Shown: piece by piece, positions 11,901 through 23,684 of the stretch
Layout of the letters: every line of letters begins with the position of its first letter
How positions within the stretch are numbered: the first letter of the stretch is position 1
NCBI GenBank assembly: GCA_047495785.1
Contig: JBLDXI010000030.1
Span: forward strand, 1,240,001 to 1,304,000
DNA length: 64,000 bases
Reading direction: 5' to 3'
From: Lepidodermella squamata
Lineage: Eukaryota; Animalia; Gastrotricha
The notes under the pieces: generated by a model
Told to the model about the DNA's origin: nothing
Database searches by the model: none
Seen by the model: the letters and a program-made list of their open reading frames with translations, nothing else
Translations under genes and position numbers: made by a program

Positions 11901-14089
11901 GCAGTAGCCGCCTCTCGAATCGCAGCACTGAGTGTTTGGATATCACTCCGGCTTGTTCCTGAACCCTTCGGCGCCTCAACTTTCACAACAATCTGCTGGG
12001 GCGGTGGTGGAGCGGCTGATTCTCGCCTCGGAGCTGGCGATGGTTGCGGAGTTTGAGCTCGCTTGACCTCGGTTGTTTCGTTTCTGTTCAGGCCAAGTTT
12101 GATCTCTTCGATTTGGCGTAGTAGCTCCTCGCGGTGAGCCAACGCCTGCTTCAAGCGGGTCTCAGTTACGTTGTCGCCACTAGTCGAATCACTGCACGTT
12201 GAGCAATCGTCTAAGTGGGGAAGTAAGTTTTATTTACACCTGTTAAAAAGTCGGGGCTTTGCTTTTGACAGGCAGCAAAAGTCGTCCCGAGTAACTAAGA
12301 AATGATAACTCACCTCTTTCAGGACTTGAATTAAGCGCGTCGCGTTCTCGTCGCAGTTTCTACAGTAAAAAAGGACAGTCAGAGGCTTTTCTTTTGATGA
12401 GAAAGAAGGAGGGACAATAATCTATGAATGCTTCACGAATGGTTGCTATGGGGCTATTTTTACTTTCTAGAAAATTTTGAGTAATAAAAATGATGGATGT
12501 GATAATTGGTTAAATGACCACTTTGGTCATTAGGATGGGCCGTTTAGAATGAGACAGCAAGTAAATACACTGCTGATGTTAAATCCACTGAAATTGAAAC
12601 TACGAGTCCTAAGAGTCCAAAAATCATCAACGACTATAATGTAATTGTTAACAATATGGGCGAACGTGAACAAGTGAAACTAGAATGTCAATTGAATTTT
12701 GGCGGAAGCTCAAACTGAATGCATTTTGAGAAGCCTGAAAGTTTTGAGCAAGATGCGGGAACATTGTGGCGTCAAACATTCACAGTAGGGTCTTTGAATC
12801 CAAACAATGAATCCAAACAATCCAAACAGAAAAGGCGTTTCTAACAAATTTAAAATTTTGACAAATTATTTGCAGCTTCCTAAACCCCTTGCAAAAGCAG
12901 GTTGTTCGCGACCGATCTGTCGGCCCCTGAAGCCGATCGCCTGTCGTCAGCCGTCCCCTAAACCCTCACGGGTAAGGCTTTTTTCTGCTTTCTAATATTA
13001 ACATCACATGGCTACGGAGGACGAAAAATAAAAATGATTCATTTCGTCATTCATTCTAAACCTCTTGCCGGTAATATCCTGATACTTCACGAACTGACAA
13101 AAAGGGTCAAGTTGCACATCTTCTAACAAAGTTATATTATGCGCTGTCCTAACTTCTAATGTCACATATTATATTATATTATATTATATTATATAATAAA
13201 CCTAGAAAATTTAGGGCCTGCTTACGGATCACAATAACAAAATTTGACTTGATTCAGCCCTCGAGTTAGCAGCTGAAAGTTGAAAGAAGAAGGTTTCAAC
13301 GCGATAAAAATGCTTATGCCTCATTAGGCGTGGTTCAAGTGATTGCACGCTTATTATGCGACTCATTGTAATTAGTTAAATGAGCATCTCCCGTTAGATA
13401 ATGAATTCGTGAATTTACCAGCTGAAATAATGTCCGATATTTAAATAGAACTCCAGTCGAAGAATGCGTAGCTGCTTTAAGCTAAAATCCCTGGGCGAAC
13501 AAGGCACATTCGGGAAGATTTTGGTTATTTCTTATTCAGATAAGGCTAATCTTGCTGGCAATTCGCTAAAATTTTGGAAATTCCTGAATTATTGTCTTTT
13601 AAGGAGCGTCTGGCCGCAAAATCGAGGTTTGAGAATGCTATGAGCTGCTATTAATTAGTATTAAAGTAGTATTAAAGTAGTGAGTATTGAGCTCCGTCTG
13701 AGTGAAATAGTCGAATTCCAAGACTTATTCATGGAATCGAAACAGAAAAAAACCATTCAATTTGGACATACCTCGCGTAGTAGTCGAAGCTGTATGATTG
13801 CCATAGCATCTCTCGCCCTGCGATCTAGCTCACTCGGCCCACCGCCGCCAGTCGCAGACGCCGCTCTCGCCGAATCAGGCGCATACGCACTCCCGATAGG
13901 CGGCACCAAACTCGGCTGTTGAGACCGCAAATGCGCCAGAGCAGCTGCATTAGCCGCTGTTTGATTCCCACTAGCCGCCAGAATGCCAGACAGCCTCGCG
14001 CCTTCCTGCTGTCTCTGATACCGCTCTTCCTCAGTTTCATGCGGAGGGTAACGAATGTCTCGTTCCGCAGCTGTAGTTCGGTAGCTCAT
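8927..14089 (-). CDS. Multi-exon C21orf58/DUF4587-like protein (long isoform with an additional C-terminal domain)
   Basis: ATG 14089 (MSYRTTAAERDIR). Segments AIIQLRLLRE|KLRRER, LKQALAHREELLRQI, a Pro-rich linker and QDLMEMMMMQSYQMQQMVMQQALL resemble, from memory, the C21orf58 DUF4587 motif. Downstream exons are linked by GT-AG introns to a stop at 8927-8929, with AATAAA at 8888-8893. Confidence 0.6.
10745..10818 (-). CDS. Alternative short terminal exon of the C21orf58-like gene (DHVPHIVYEYFEADNLRSDSDEDE*)
   Basis: The phase-1 donor at 10946 is compatible with acceptors at 10819 and 10475. TGA at 10745-10747 and AATAAA at 10629-10634. Confidence 0.6.
13166..13194 (+). repeat. (ATATT)n microsatellite
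   Basis: Direct reading; intronic. Confidence 0.9.
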
Positions 14090-14174
14090 CTCGTAAAACA
14101 CGCAAAGACAAGCAAAATAATTTGTAAGACGAAAAACGAGAGATTTCTCGGATTATTCTCGATTTTATTCCGCG

Positions 14175-15475
14175 TCAATGGAAAATAAACAAAACAACCG
14201 TGGCAACGGTGAATAGAATGTAAATTGTAATTGCCGAAGCGAACGCTACGCTGTCAATGAGCACAAAGTAGGTCCACGCCCGCCCGAATACAAGTTATTT
14301 CATGCGAGCACGGTCGCTATGCAGAACGATGAATGAACACATCGCCGCGGCGTAAATAGCGCACGCCATCGCGAAGATTGTTTGGCCTAATAGATAGTAC
14401 GCAATCAAAATTTGCTGGCTTGTTTTCGGCAGGTTGTCCAACATTTGAGCTTGCAGTACGAAGATTGATAGTAGAATGGTGCAGGCGAATGAAGGCCGGT
14501 CTGGTGCTTCTGCTGGGACGTAGAATGTGCCCAGCTCCATGAGGCCGAGGATAAGGCTTGGGACGAAAAGGTTAACGATGTAATATTCAGGGAGGCGCTC
14601 GAATGTGACGCAGAAATAAGAGTCCAAGCCTTCGATGTACGTCCGGTTTGAGACGTATCGCCACACTCCGGAGTCGGGAATTTCTGGTTGAAATGCACGT
14701 GGGAAATTGAGATGGTTCACCGCTGTCTCGCTGACACTACTAGTTAGGAAAAGATCGAGACAGCACTCCTGTCTAAAATAAAATTAGTTTCAGAGTTAGG
14801 GTTAGAGCTAGGGTTAGGGTTAGGGTTAGGGTTAGGAGTATCAGAGTTGAGGTTAGGGCTAGGTTTAGAATTTAGGGTTAGAGTTAGGGTTAGAGCTAGG
14901 ATTTGAGGTTAGGGTTAGGGTTAGGGTTAGGGGTTAAAGTGTCTAAAATTGAACAAATCCTTTTTTCAATTTTTCACGAACCTGTCAAATGGAAATTTGA
15001 GATATTTCATGGAGCAGTAAAACGTCCATAACCCAGAAACAACGTGTTGAAACACTCCCGTTGGTATTGACAAGAGAAGGAACCTCGTAAAATCGTCCTT
15101 TGTTATCGAGGGCGAAATCATCGCATTTCTCAGATAGATAGTTGGGGTCCAAAATCGATCGACGTCTGTGAATCTCTTCAGTTTTGTTTCATTTGTAAGT
15201 TCTATGACTTCAGCAGCGTTTTCAACAATGCAAGGCACCTGCCAAATTGAGAAGAGTGATCCACCGAATGATAGCGACTCGGTTGTGTCGCTGATATCAA
15301 CAACGCGGCTCAGCCAAAATTCGAGGCTGATATTCGTGAATTTATTGCCTGGGCTCAGGCTATTGGCTTCGATGTCACATCTCTCGTGAAGCAGATCTGC
15401 AGCTTTTGGGCCGGAGAAGCAATGAAAAACATGAAAGCATAGGCTGACTAAAATAGATTGCGCGAGGAAAGCCAT
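14175..15475 (-). pseudogene. Two-exon Cys-loop receptor with a conventional N-terminus; in-frame TAA before M4
   Basis: Signal peptide, FWTPTI, Cys-loop CSMKYLKFPFDR|QEC, ERLPEYY, M2 PDRPSFACTILLS. TAA at 14295-14297 is followed in frame by an M4-like helix (LIDSVAFASAITIYILFTVATVVLFIFH) ending at TGA 14175-14177, then AATAAA. Confidence 0.8.
14796..14936 (+). repeat. Interstitial telomere-like (TTAGGG)n degenerate array filling most of an intron
   Basis: About 140 bp of TTAGGG/TTAGAG/CTAGGG units inside the intron that splits the Cys-loop. Confidence 0.9.
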
Positions 15476-16190
15476 CAATATTAACTTCGCGTTATTTTAA
15501 TTTTTGGTCAAATATATAGGACGCTAAAATATCTGAGATTTGCGCATAGCTTTTTAATTGAGTGAGGAATGATGGCTTGCAAACAAAAATCTGGATTTTG
15601 ATGACGCGGCCAAACATGAAAAAAAACAGGTGCGATAATCAATATCTTTCATAGTATTTTTCTCGTATGGTTTTATTTGGTTTTTTCGTGATGCAGAAAT
15701 TCTTCCGCTATTTGTTCAATCGATTTTACATTTTGAATTTTTAAATAATTTTCCTTAGTCATGTTAGTAAAAGATGGATTGTACTTTGTTGGGGTTCTTT
15801 TGGGTTCTATTCAAGCCTGTTATTTTCTCACTCCTGCCCTTTGTCGCATTCCTGAATACTCGAATTTATTGATAACGCCATTGTGAACAGATGCGAAAAC
15901 GGGCGCGCCGTTCTAATTTACGAAAAATAATTTTGAACTGCATTGGAGTGAGATATGCGCGTCCTAGTAACGTGCTCGACCCTGTTAATTGCCCCACTTA
16001 TCCGATAAATTTTAATTACGACATCTGCCGTTTTTTCCGTTGACGCGATATATAAAATCAGCAATTTCCATAATCATGAAACTGCATGAAATTCGTAGGC
16101 CGAAATTTGCCATATATCTAGATATATCGAGGGTAACAGAAAATACCAAGACCGATGCGAGGTCACAAGGCAGGGGCTAACAAATCGTTT

Positions 16191-19100
16191 TTAAAACTGG
16201 GTCATCTCAAGTTGATGATGGAAGGTGGATTCAAAGGTCTTATGAAGCAGATGAAATGTTGGCCTGTCTTTCGGGTCTTGTGACCAGCATTCAAGCATGA
16301 CTGCATACACTTCTTCCGGGCATATTTCAGGCTTTGACAAGCGAAATCCATGTGATAGGTGAATTGCAATCTCCATTGGTTGCAAATCGTCATAAGGCTC
16401 AACCTTGCAATCTATAACAAAACGATGAATTTGATTTGTATCAAATGTGAAATCAGCTTTCATCTTACTTGTGAAGATTTCCCACATGACTACGCCGAAT
16501 GACCAGACGTCGCTTTTCAGCATGAAAATTCGGCGGATAAGCGATTCAGGCGGGTGCCATCGAATAGGGACTCGGTACTCGCAAGCGTCTATAGATTGAT
16601 AGAAACCATTTTCATCCTCAACCATGCGAGACAGGCCGAAATCGGAAACTTTAGCCGTTAAGCCTTCGTCAAGCAAAATGTTACGGCAGGCCAGATCCCG
16701 ATGCATGCAGTTCTTCTCGGAAAGATACGCCATTCCAGAGCTAATCTGCCGAATGAAACGGAACCGATCTTCCAAGTTCAAAGTGCCGGCTTTTGAGACC
16801 ATGTAGTCTTTCAAAGTGCCCGAGGACATGAAAGGAACAATCAAGTTAGGTTGATCCCTCAGAATGGCTATTCCAATAAGGGGTAGGACGTTAGGGTGAT
16901 GAAAGTCCTTCATTACGTGAGCTTCTTTGATCAGCCCAGCAACGTCAGCTTTCACATCGGGTCGGATGCTTTTCACGGCTACAAGTTGATCCGGTTGATT
17001 AGGCATCCGAAGGACTGCTTTTTGAACTGCGCCGAAACTGCCGGTGCCCAGCAGATCGGTTATTTCGAGCCAATCAGAGCAGACGCTGATTCGTTCAACG
17101 AGAATTACAAGATCTTCAGCTCCGTCGAGGCCTTGAAGTAATTTCGTGAAATCAGCGAATGGCTCGACGTAGTTGTTCTCATGGACACTTCTAGCTCCAG
17201 CGACTTTATGCCTTCTACGGATCACGAAGAAAGCCAAAATTCCTAGGAGTATGACTATAACGACACTTAAAGTCGAAGCGAGAATCATACTCAGATTATC
17301 TGTGAAACAGGTTTTCAGTTAATAATAATTTTAGCTATAATCAAGGTCAACTTTTTCATATTCAATTGTATCTGCTTCAATTGTATAGTAAGGGTTATGG
17401 CTGTTGTAGTTCTTATCTGCTAAGGGACATTTTGACGTCGGCTCAATAATCAGGCTGTAAATTGCTGCCGTTGTTTTAGAATCCTCTGCAATCTCTGGAA
17501 TCAGGAGTGTGGTAGATTCATCACTAAGTTCAATGAATCTTCTATTTAAGCGATCATAGAGAGTGACAATCGCTCCAAATTGCGCGTTCATCGATGAAAT
17601 TTTCACTGTATTCTCAGTTACTTCGTAGTCGATTGCAAATTTAGAGAAAATAACTATTTCTCGAAAAACCATTTTCGTTATGCCGTTTGGTAGTATTGGC
17701 CTTAGAATATCGACACGGTTCATTCGCAATCTCAAACCTCCAAATCCCGATAAAATAACATTGAGGAAAGCTGCTGCTGTATAGGTGTGTCCCATTGCGG
17801 CAGTTCTCTTGTCAGAAATGTTTCTCCAAACAAAAAAAGGACCAGAGTTGTAGTCGGACATCAATTTTTCGAAGTCGCTTCTCGCTGATTCGATTGACGT
17901 TCGAGAGCCGAGTTGCATTTCCAGAATGGCTTTGATTGCGAGGGAAGTCGCTGGAATAGGAACTTCGGAACCGGTGGTGGAAGCGAATTTCGAAGTGTAT
18001 CTCTAAAAAAAAGAGAAAGGTTCATGAAGTTCGAACCCAGAAATTGGAGCAACAACTTACTTTGATGTCATTCTCCAGAAGGCTATATGGAGCTTGTTCA
18101 AGAAATTTGCCCGAAAAATTGTATCCAATAGGGTAGTGAGCTAGGAGAACCTCAGCTTGACTGATCGTGTCTCCGAAATTGTAACCCTCGAATTCTCTAT
18201 TACTATTCTCAGCCTTGTCGAAGGGAAAGAAGAATCTCCTCGTCACATTTTTCATCTCTTCCTCGATAAAGGAATCGCTCAAACATGCCAGATACTCGTT
18301 GAAGTGCAACGCAAGAGATGCCAGGATGTTGGTAACTAAATTTTTGCTTTGATTCTGGTGCAATTCATCAGGGCCACAAACGTCGTTGATTGAGACGTAA
18401 AAGGTGTCCTTCAGTATTTTCTTAGCAATCATTTGCGAGATCTGATCGTTTATCTGCACTATTTCCGTTAATTTACTTTTCCCTCGCGTCGCTGAATACA
18501 AAATTCGGGTTGAAAAAGATAGCAACAATTCGCTGTAGAGCGCTTGTTCGGAGCAATGATCGCACCAAGTAGGCGGTATCACCAATTCATGAGCTGTTTC
18601 GAATTTCATTAGCTTCTCCTTGTTAACTGCCTTCCAGCGATTGAGGATTAACATAGGGATTAAGTCTGGTTGCAGGAGAGCTAGAATGGGTGTGATGAAG
18701 ATTTCGGATTCGGGAGTAACATGGCCGCCGAAGTTTTGCCTCGAACCACCCCTGCCCAAGCCACACGCTGAAACGCCGGCGAAATCTGCGTCGATTCCAG
18801 CTTCATTAATAGACTGATTCATGCGTTTTTTGTACGGTATTTGGCTGTAGATATTGTAAATAGCAGAGCCTATAAGCTTGTTAATCGTGTCTGCTTGCAA
18901 TCCTGTTTTTGCAGCGAGAATTAAAAATGAACAAATTAATGATTAACGAATTTGTCAATAAGATAACCTGTAAATTTGATATCCATTTTATAAATCCTGG
19001 CCTTCCAAGATGCCAATTGCGCGATCACAAGTTCAACAGGGCTTTCCCACGTAAATCTTGTGAATTCATAGTGAGCAATGCTGTAAATTTGATCCATGGA

Positions 19101-19936
19101 CATCCAGGATACTGTTCTTTCGTTATAGTTGCTATCCAAAACAGTTTCGAAATCCAACGAAGCATTCGTAGCGAATATTTCAATTGAATTTTTAGCAGAC
19201 AGTGAGTTGAAAGCAGTCACCTTATAATGCCTTAGAATAAAGAAATCCGTAACTATAAGGTCAAGTGATTCGGGTGTTACCTACGTGCTCTGAATCCCGT
19301 CGTGATCGTATAATTCCGATTCAACTGAAATGTCTTCATGAAAGAGATCGCTTTCCCACAGCGATTTGTAAATGTCCGGCTTGCGAAGTGTAAGCTTGGA
19401 TCCCAGGTGATCATCCGAAGCTTCAACAATCAGCACGTTGAAAAAAGTTCTTGAGAGATAGAAACTACACCCTGAAATTAGACGCAATAACAAGCCGCTC
19501 TCCGTACGAATCTCCTGTTCAAACAGGCCGATTTTATAGTAAAATTTGAATTTTTCGGCTTTGATCTCGTCAACTACGCTGTTAAGCTGAACTGTCTCGA
19601 TTCGGAATACCGCGTAATTCGGCAGCCGAATGCGACGACTGTAGCCATCAGAGGTTTTACGGAACATCGTCGATGAATAAATTGATTCCTAAGCCAGAAG
19701 CAATTGAACTAAGCGTGACATATGAACTGACTGAAGCATACACTGTAAGCAGTTGTTCCAATGACGCCGGATGAGAGCTCCGGTAACAGTGATGTATCAG
19801 GCAGATCGGTTACTTCGATGAAATTGACCCCTGCTAACAAACTATAGATGGTATGTGGTATGCTCGGTTCCATTTGAATCGAGAATGGCCATGACGCGAG
19901 ACAGGCAACAATTAGACCAAGATTGAAATCAATCAT
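16191..19936 (-). CDS. GH65 (PGGHG-like) ectodomain + TM + MET-like tyrosine kinase, copy 1
   Basis: Signal peptide, then five in-phase GT-AG-linked exons with GH65/PGGHG-like motifs (AGVSACGLGRG..FGGHVTPESEIF; CGPDELH..NLVTN; EFEGY..SQAEVLLAHYP; GPFFVW; AAFLNVILSGFGGLR). About 30 nt later an exon encodes TM + RRRHK + a kinase (GTGSFG, VAVK, HPNVLPLIG, HRDLACRN, DFG, VPIRW, SDVWSFG). The donor joining ectodomain and TM exon is not canonical in this copy. Confidence 0.8.
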
Positions 19937-20495
19937 CGCCTAAATAAGTAATAGATTAATAGGAGAAAACGAACAAAATTAATCGCAGTTTTTTAGACAT
20001 GATTTATGCTGTTGATATTTTATAGATGCAGACCCCGGGCCTTATCTTTCAGACGACATGTTTTTCGTATTACTAGTTTCCGATAATTAAATTGACCATA
20101 TGCCGCTAAAAAGTGCCGCTCTCAAAAACTCAAAAACACTCTCTAAAAATGAATTAGGACGAAAAGAAGGATCTTCGAGCTGGATGGCATTTCGATAAAA
20201 TTTTGGCCCGATTTTAATATTCAAATTTATAAGGCTTGGTATCACTCTCAGACCAACCGAATAAGACAGCTGCATAATTCGTTGCTAGTTTCTCTTTCAG
20301 TATGCATTTTTCTGGGGGAAAACCACGCTCTCATTTGTAAACATTCAGCAAGAAAAAACTTGAGCGGTAAGTCAAGTCAACATGGCCAGCCAAAAACCCG
20401 CCCGACCGACCTCAGCAGCAAAGATAAGTCAATTTTTGACTCGATTGTAAAATCCCCGAACTCTGTCTGGCGTCTAAAAGAAAATTAAACTAAAT

Positions 20496-22945
20496 GTGAT
20501 CAGTCCGTCCCCAGATGAATTTTTCGCTCATTTCAAAAATATTTTTGCCTCCCAACTTGCTTTTAATTATCGTGACATTGAAACTCCTGAAGCGAATGAC
20601 TCGGTAATAGATATCGCAATTCTGCTCTCGCCTGTAACTCAAAAAGAGATAATTGAGAATCTTAAGGACTGTATCCTTTCATCTGCCGCTGGTCTGCGAT
20701 GGTGTGAAATTCTCAAATATAAATGACGAAATCACCCTATTGGCTCCTTACCTCTCAGTGCTCTATTCGAAAACCAGCTCTGAAGAGATATGCCAAGAGG
20801 AGTGGAAGACTTCCTTGATCACTCCTGTGTTCAAAAGGGGGATGCTAACAACGTCGGCAACTAGCGTCCTATTTCTTTGCATCCGTGCGTCGCAAAGCTC
20901 TTCTCTAAAATCCTGGACTCCGGGCTCCGTGCGTGGCTTCATCCCGATTCCAAAGCTCTGAACGTTGAGCAATTTGGTTTCCATTCCAGTTAATCCACTA
21001 ATGATGGCGCTACAGTTCTTCATTGCGGTTTAGCTCCAGAGGTAGAGCGTGGCGTCTCTGTCCACGCCTGTTCACACTAGTGCGTTTGACACGACCAATC
21101 ATCAGTTATTGCTGAAAAAGCTACGCCAGCGTGGTATTCCTGAGAGCTTCGTTCGAATAATTGCCAATATGTATTCTAACTGCCGAGCGTCGATCTTGGT
21201 CAACCCTGAGCAGCAAGTGCACGTTTTTTGCAAAATACTGCGTGGGAATTGCAGGAAACTGCCTGAAAACGGCATTTACTGTCATTTTTCACATTTTTTC
21301 AAAACTTACTGCAGTTTTTGGAAAAAACTGGAAGTTAAAGCAGGAATCCGTAGTCATTTCGTGAAATTGACACAGTTTTTTCATGAAACTCGGGAAATTC
21401 GCGGCATTTTATTTGCGACCCGAAGTTAACTTCCATGTCAAATATTTCTTCGTCGCGCAGTTGAAAAACTTTCGATTTTTATTTATTTTCACTGCGAAGT
21501 GAGAAGTATAGTGAACGAAAGTGAACGAAATTCGATGGCTCGACGTCTAGTTTTCATTGCGGAAAATTCGAAAATCTGCCTTCTACCTTTCGGGATCAAA
21601 CTGTTTTTATTTATCATCAGGGTGCGATCTTCGATCCCGGAGCAGCCGGGGATGGAAAATTTTTTTTGCTGTATTTGCCAAAATGACTGGTCATTTTGAC
21701 TTATAACCGAGCGAACCGAGAAAATTTTGAAAAATGTCCCGTTTTTCCCCGATTTTTCCTAATTTTTCCTAATTATTTACCCGGATCCTGAAAATAACCG
21801 AATTTTTATCGTTTTCAGCCTGAACCATCAAGAATATAAGAATGCCAGCAAAATCCGATAATTTAGATATTTCGTAAAAGCCAAATTTTCAATGACTGAA
21901 AATTGTCGTTCTAAATAAAAGCTGAAATAGGGCAAAATCATTGTTATTGGGGCGCTCGATTGTTGTGCACACAAGCCTCAGGGTGTTGCGTAATCACGCC
22001 ATGCTTCAAAAATGTGGCTTTTTGCTTCATTCCAATCATCTTATTTTTGTTTTAAATTTCAAAACATCAGTTCCTATGTCATATTTAGTAAGAATTTTTC
22101 GTCCGGCCTCAATTTCGCATTTTGAGCTTCATCAATCCCCGCCGCCTTGCTACCAGGTGTGTCGACCATGCAATTTGAACAAGTCAGATAATTATCGAAT
22201 TTTCAAGGTAATTTTGATATTAATTCGATTTTCTTTAATTTACCCGCAATTTTCAAAGGTTTGTCCCGCGAATCGATTTAGCTGTCAAACCAGTCTTAAC
22301 GAGCCGGTCAACAATTCGTAACGGTATCGATGAATAATTAACAAGGTATTTTCGTGTTTAATTAATTTCAATTATAATTTCAATTTATGTATATAGTTTC
22401 GCTGGCCTGCTCCAGTGGCGGTTTCTGCATCAGTCACAGTCGTTGTTCGATCATGGCGTCTCGTGAAACATCATTCACTATTAACTTGACAATGTTTCTA
22501 TTTTTTTATTGATCAATTTTGATGAATAAAGAATAAAATGATACTTGCATCGACGGAAGGGTAAAACTGTCTTTTTTAAAGCTGAGAGTGAAAGCCGCAT
22601 TGTTAATAGTGAATGTGAAGTACAAATGGCCCCAAGTTAAAGTTCTATTAGCGATGAGCAAGTGACAGCGCAGTAGAAACCATCTCTCACCAGAAAAACT
22701 CTCACCGCGGGAAACCACTCGGAAAAACTGTCCAGCTCGGCAAAAAACTAGACTTTCAACAGAATACTGTCCACAGACAAACTCTCGCTAATTTGCATAT
22801 TTAGTTTTTTTGATTGAGGCAGTTAAAAGGCCCGAAATTGTCGCTCAGGGAATGGCGACGTAGCCGATTCCTTTCCCCTTAATCGGGGAGATCCGCTCTC
22901 GCCTCTCTTGCTCACACTATTTATCGACGATATCTTCGACGAGTT
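20496..22945 (+). mobile_element. Degenerate non-LTR retrotransposon RT fragment, split by an insertion
   Basis: WKTSLITPVFKRG, RPISL, QFGF, SAFDTTNHQLLLKKL; resumes after 22850 as NGDVADSFPLNRGDPLSPLLLTLFIDDI. Frameshifted. Confidence 0.75.
21204..22850. mobile_element. Non-autonomous CMC/EnSpm-like DNA transposon
   Basis: Termini CCCTGAGC...GCTCAGGG with a 2-bp TSD AA (21202-21203, 22851-22852). Excision restores the RT frame LVNGDVADSF. Confidence 0.7.
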
Positions 22946-23684
22946 CGCTAAACCATTAAATCATTACTTTCAACCATTTGATTTTGTTGCGAATTTTGTT
23001 GCATGGTTATTTGAAAGGTTCCAGCTTGTTAAGCATACTTTAATTTATAAATCCACGAAGTCTGAACCCAATAGGACACAAATTGAGCGAGTATGCAGAT
23101 TATGCAGAGCTTTTAGGCAATCTCGAGCGAACTTAAATTTTGCCTTTTTGACTTTCACCAACGATGGCTCACTAACGGTGAGGAATGGGCTCATGAGATT
23201 TTGTGAGCTTACTGGAATGGGTTCTGACAGTCAAAATTTGAGCCCGGAGAACCTCATGGTTATGGAATGACAAGCGTTTGAAAAAGTGGAATTTTTTATG
23301 CAGATTTAGGTAACCTTACCCTATTTAACAGGGTTCAAAAATACGGTGTACAAGCGAGGGAGCTTTTTTAAGGAGGGTGCCACCAACGAGGCTGCACCAT
23401 AAGTAAATTGTCAAATGATCAACCTGTGGCTATCGTTAATTTTTTGCGCTCACTGTGTTTATTTTTCAATCTAGTAACGCCCATCATGAATGTGCGTGGT
23501 GGAAACACGTTAAAATGAGTAGAAATGAGGCTGAGGCGATTTGGGAAGATTCTTTGCAGCCCTGGACATAGCAAGCGAGCATTAAGCTAAACAATGATGA
23601 AAAAATGATTGATGATACTTAAACATCAATTTCAAAATCAATCAGTTTTCGTCCTGTCATAAAATAAAACTCGTAAATTTCAGT

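Noticed and set aside
16412-16468. Apparent insert in the kinase C-lobe (also 55458-55508)
   Set aside because: These are stop-free 57- and 51-nt GT-AG introns with strong GTAAG donors that the ORF track reads through.
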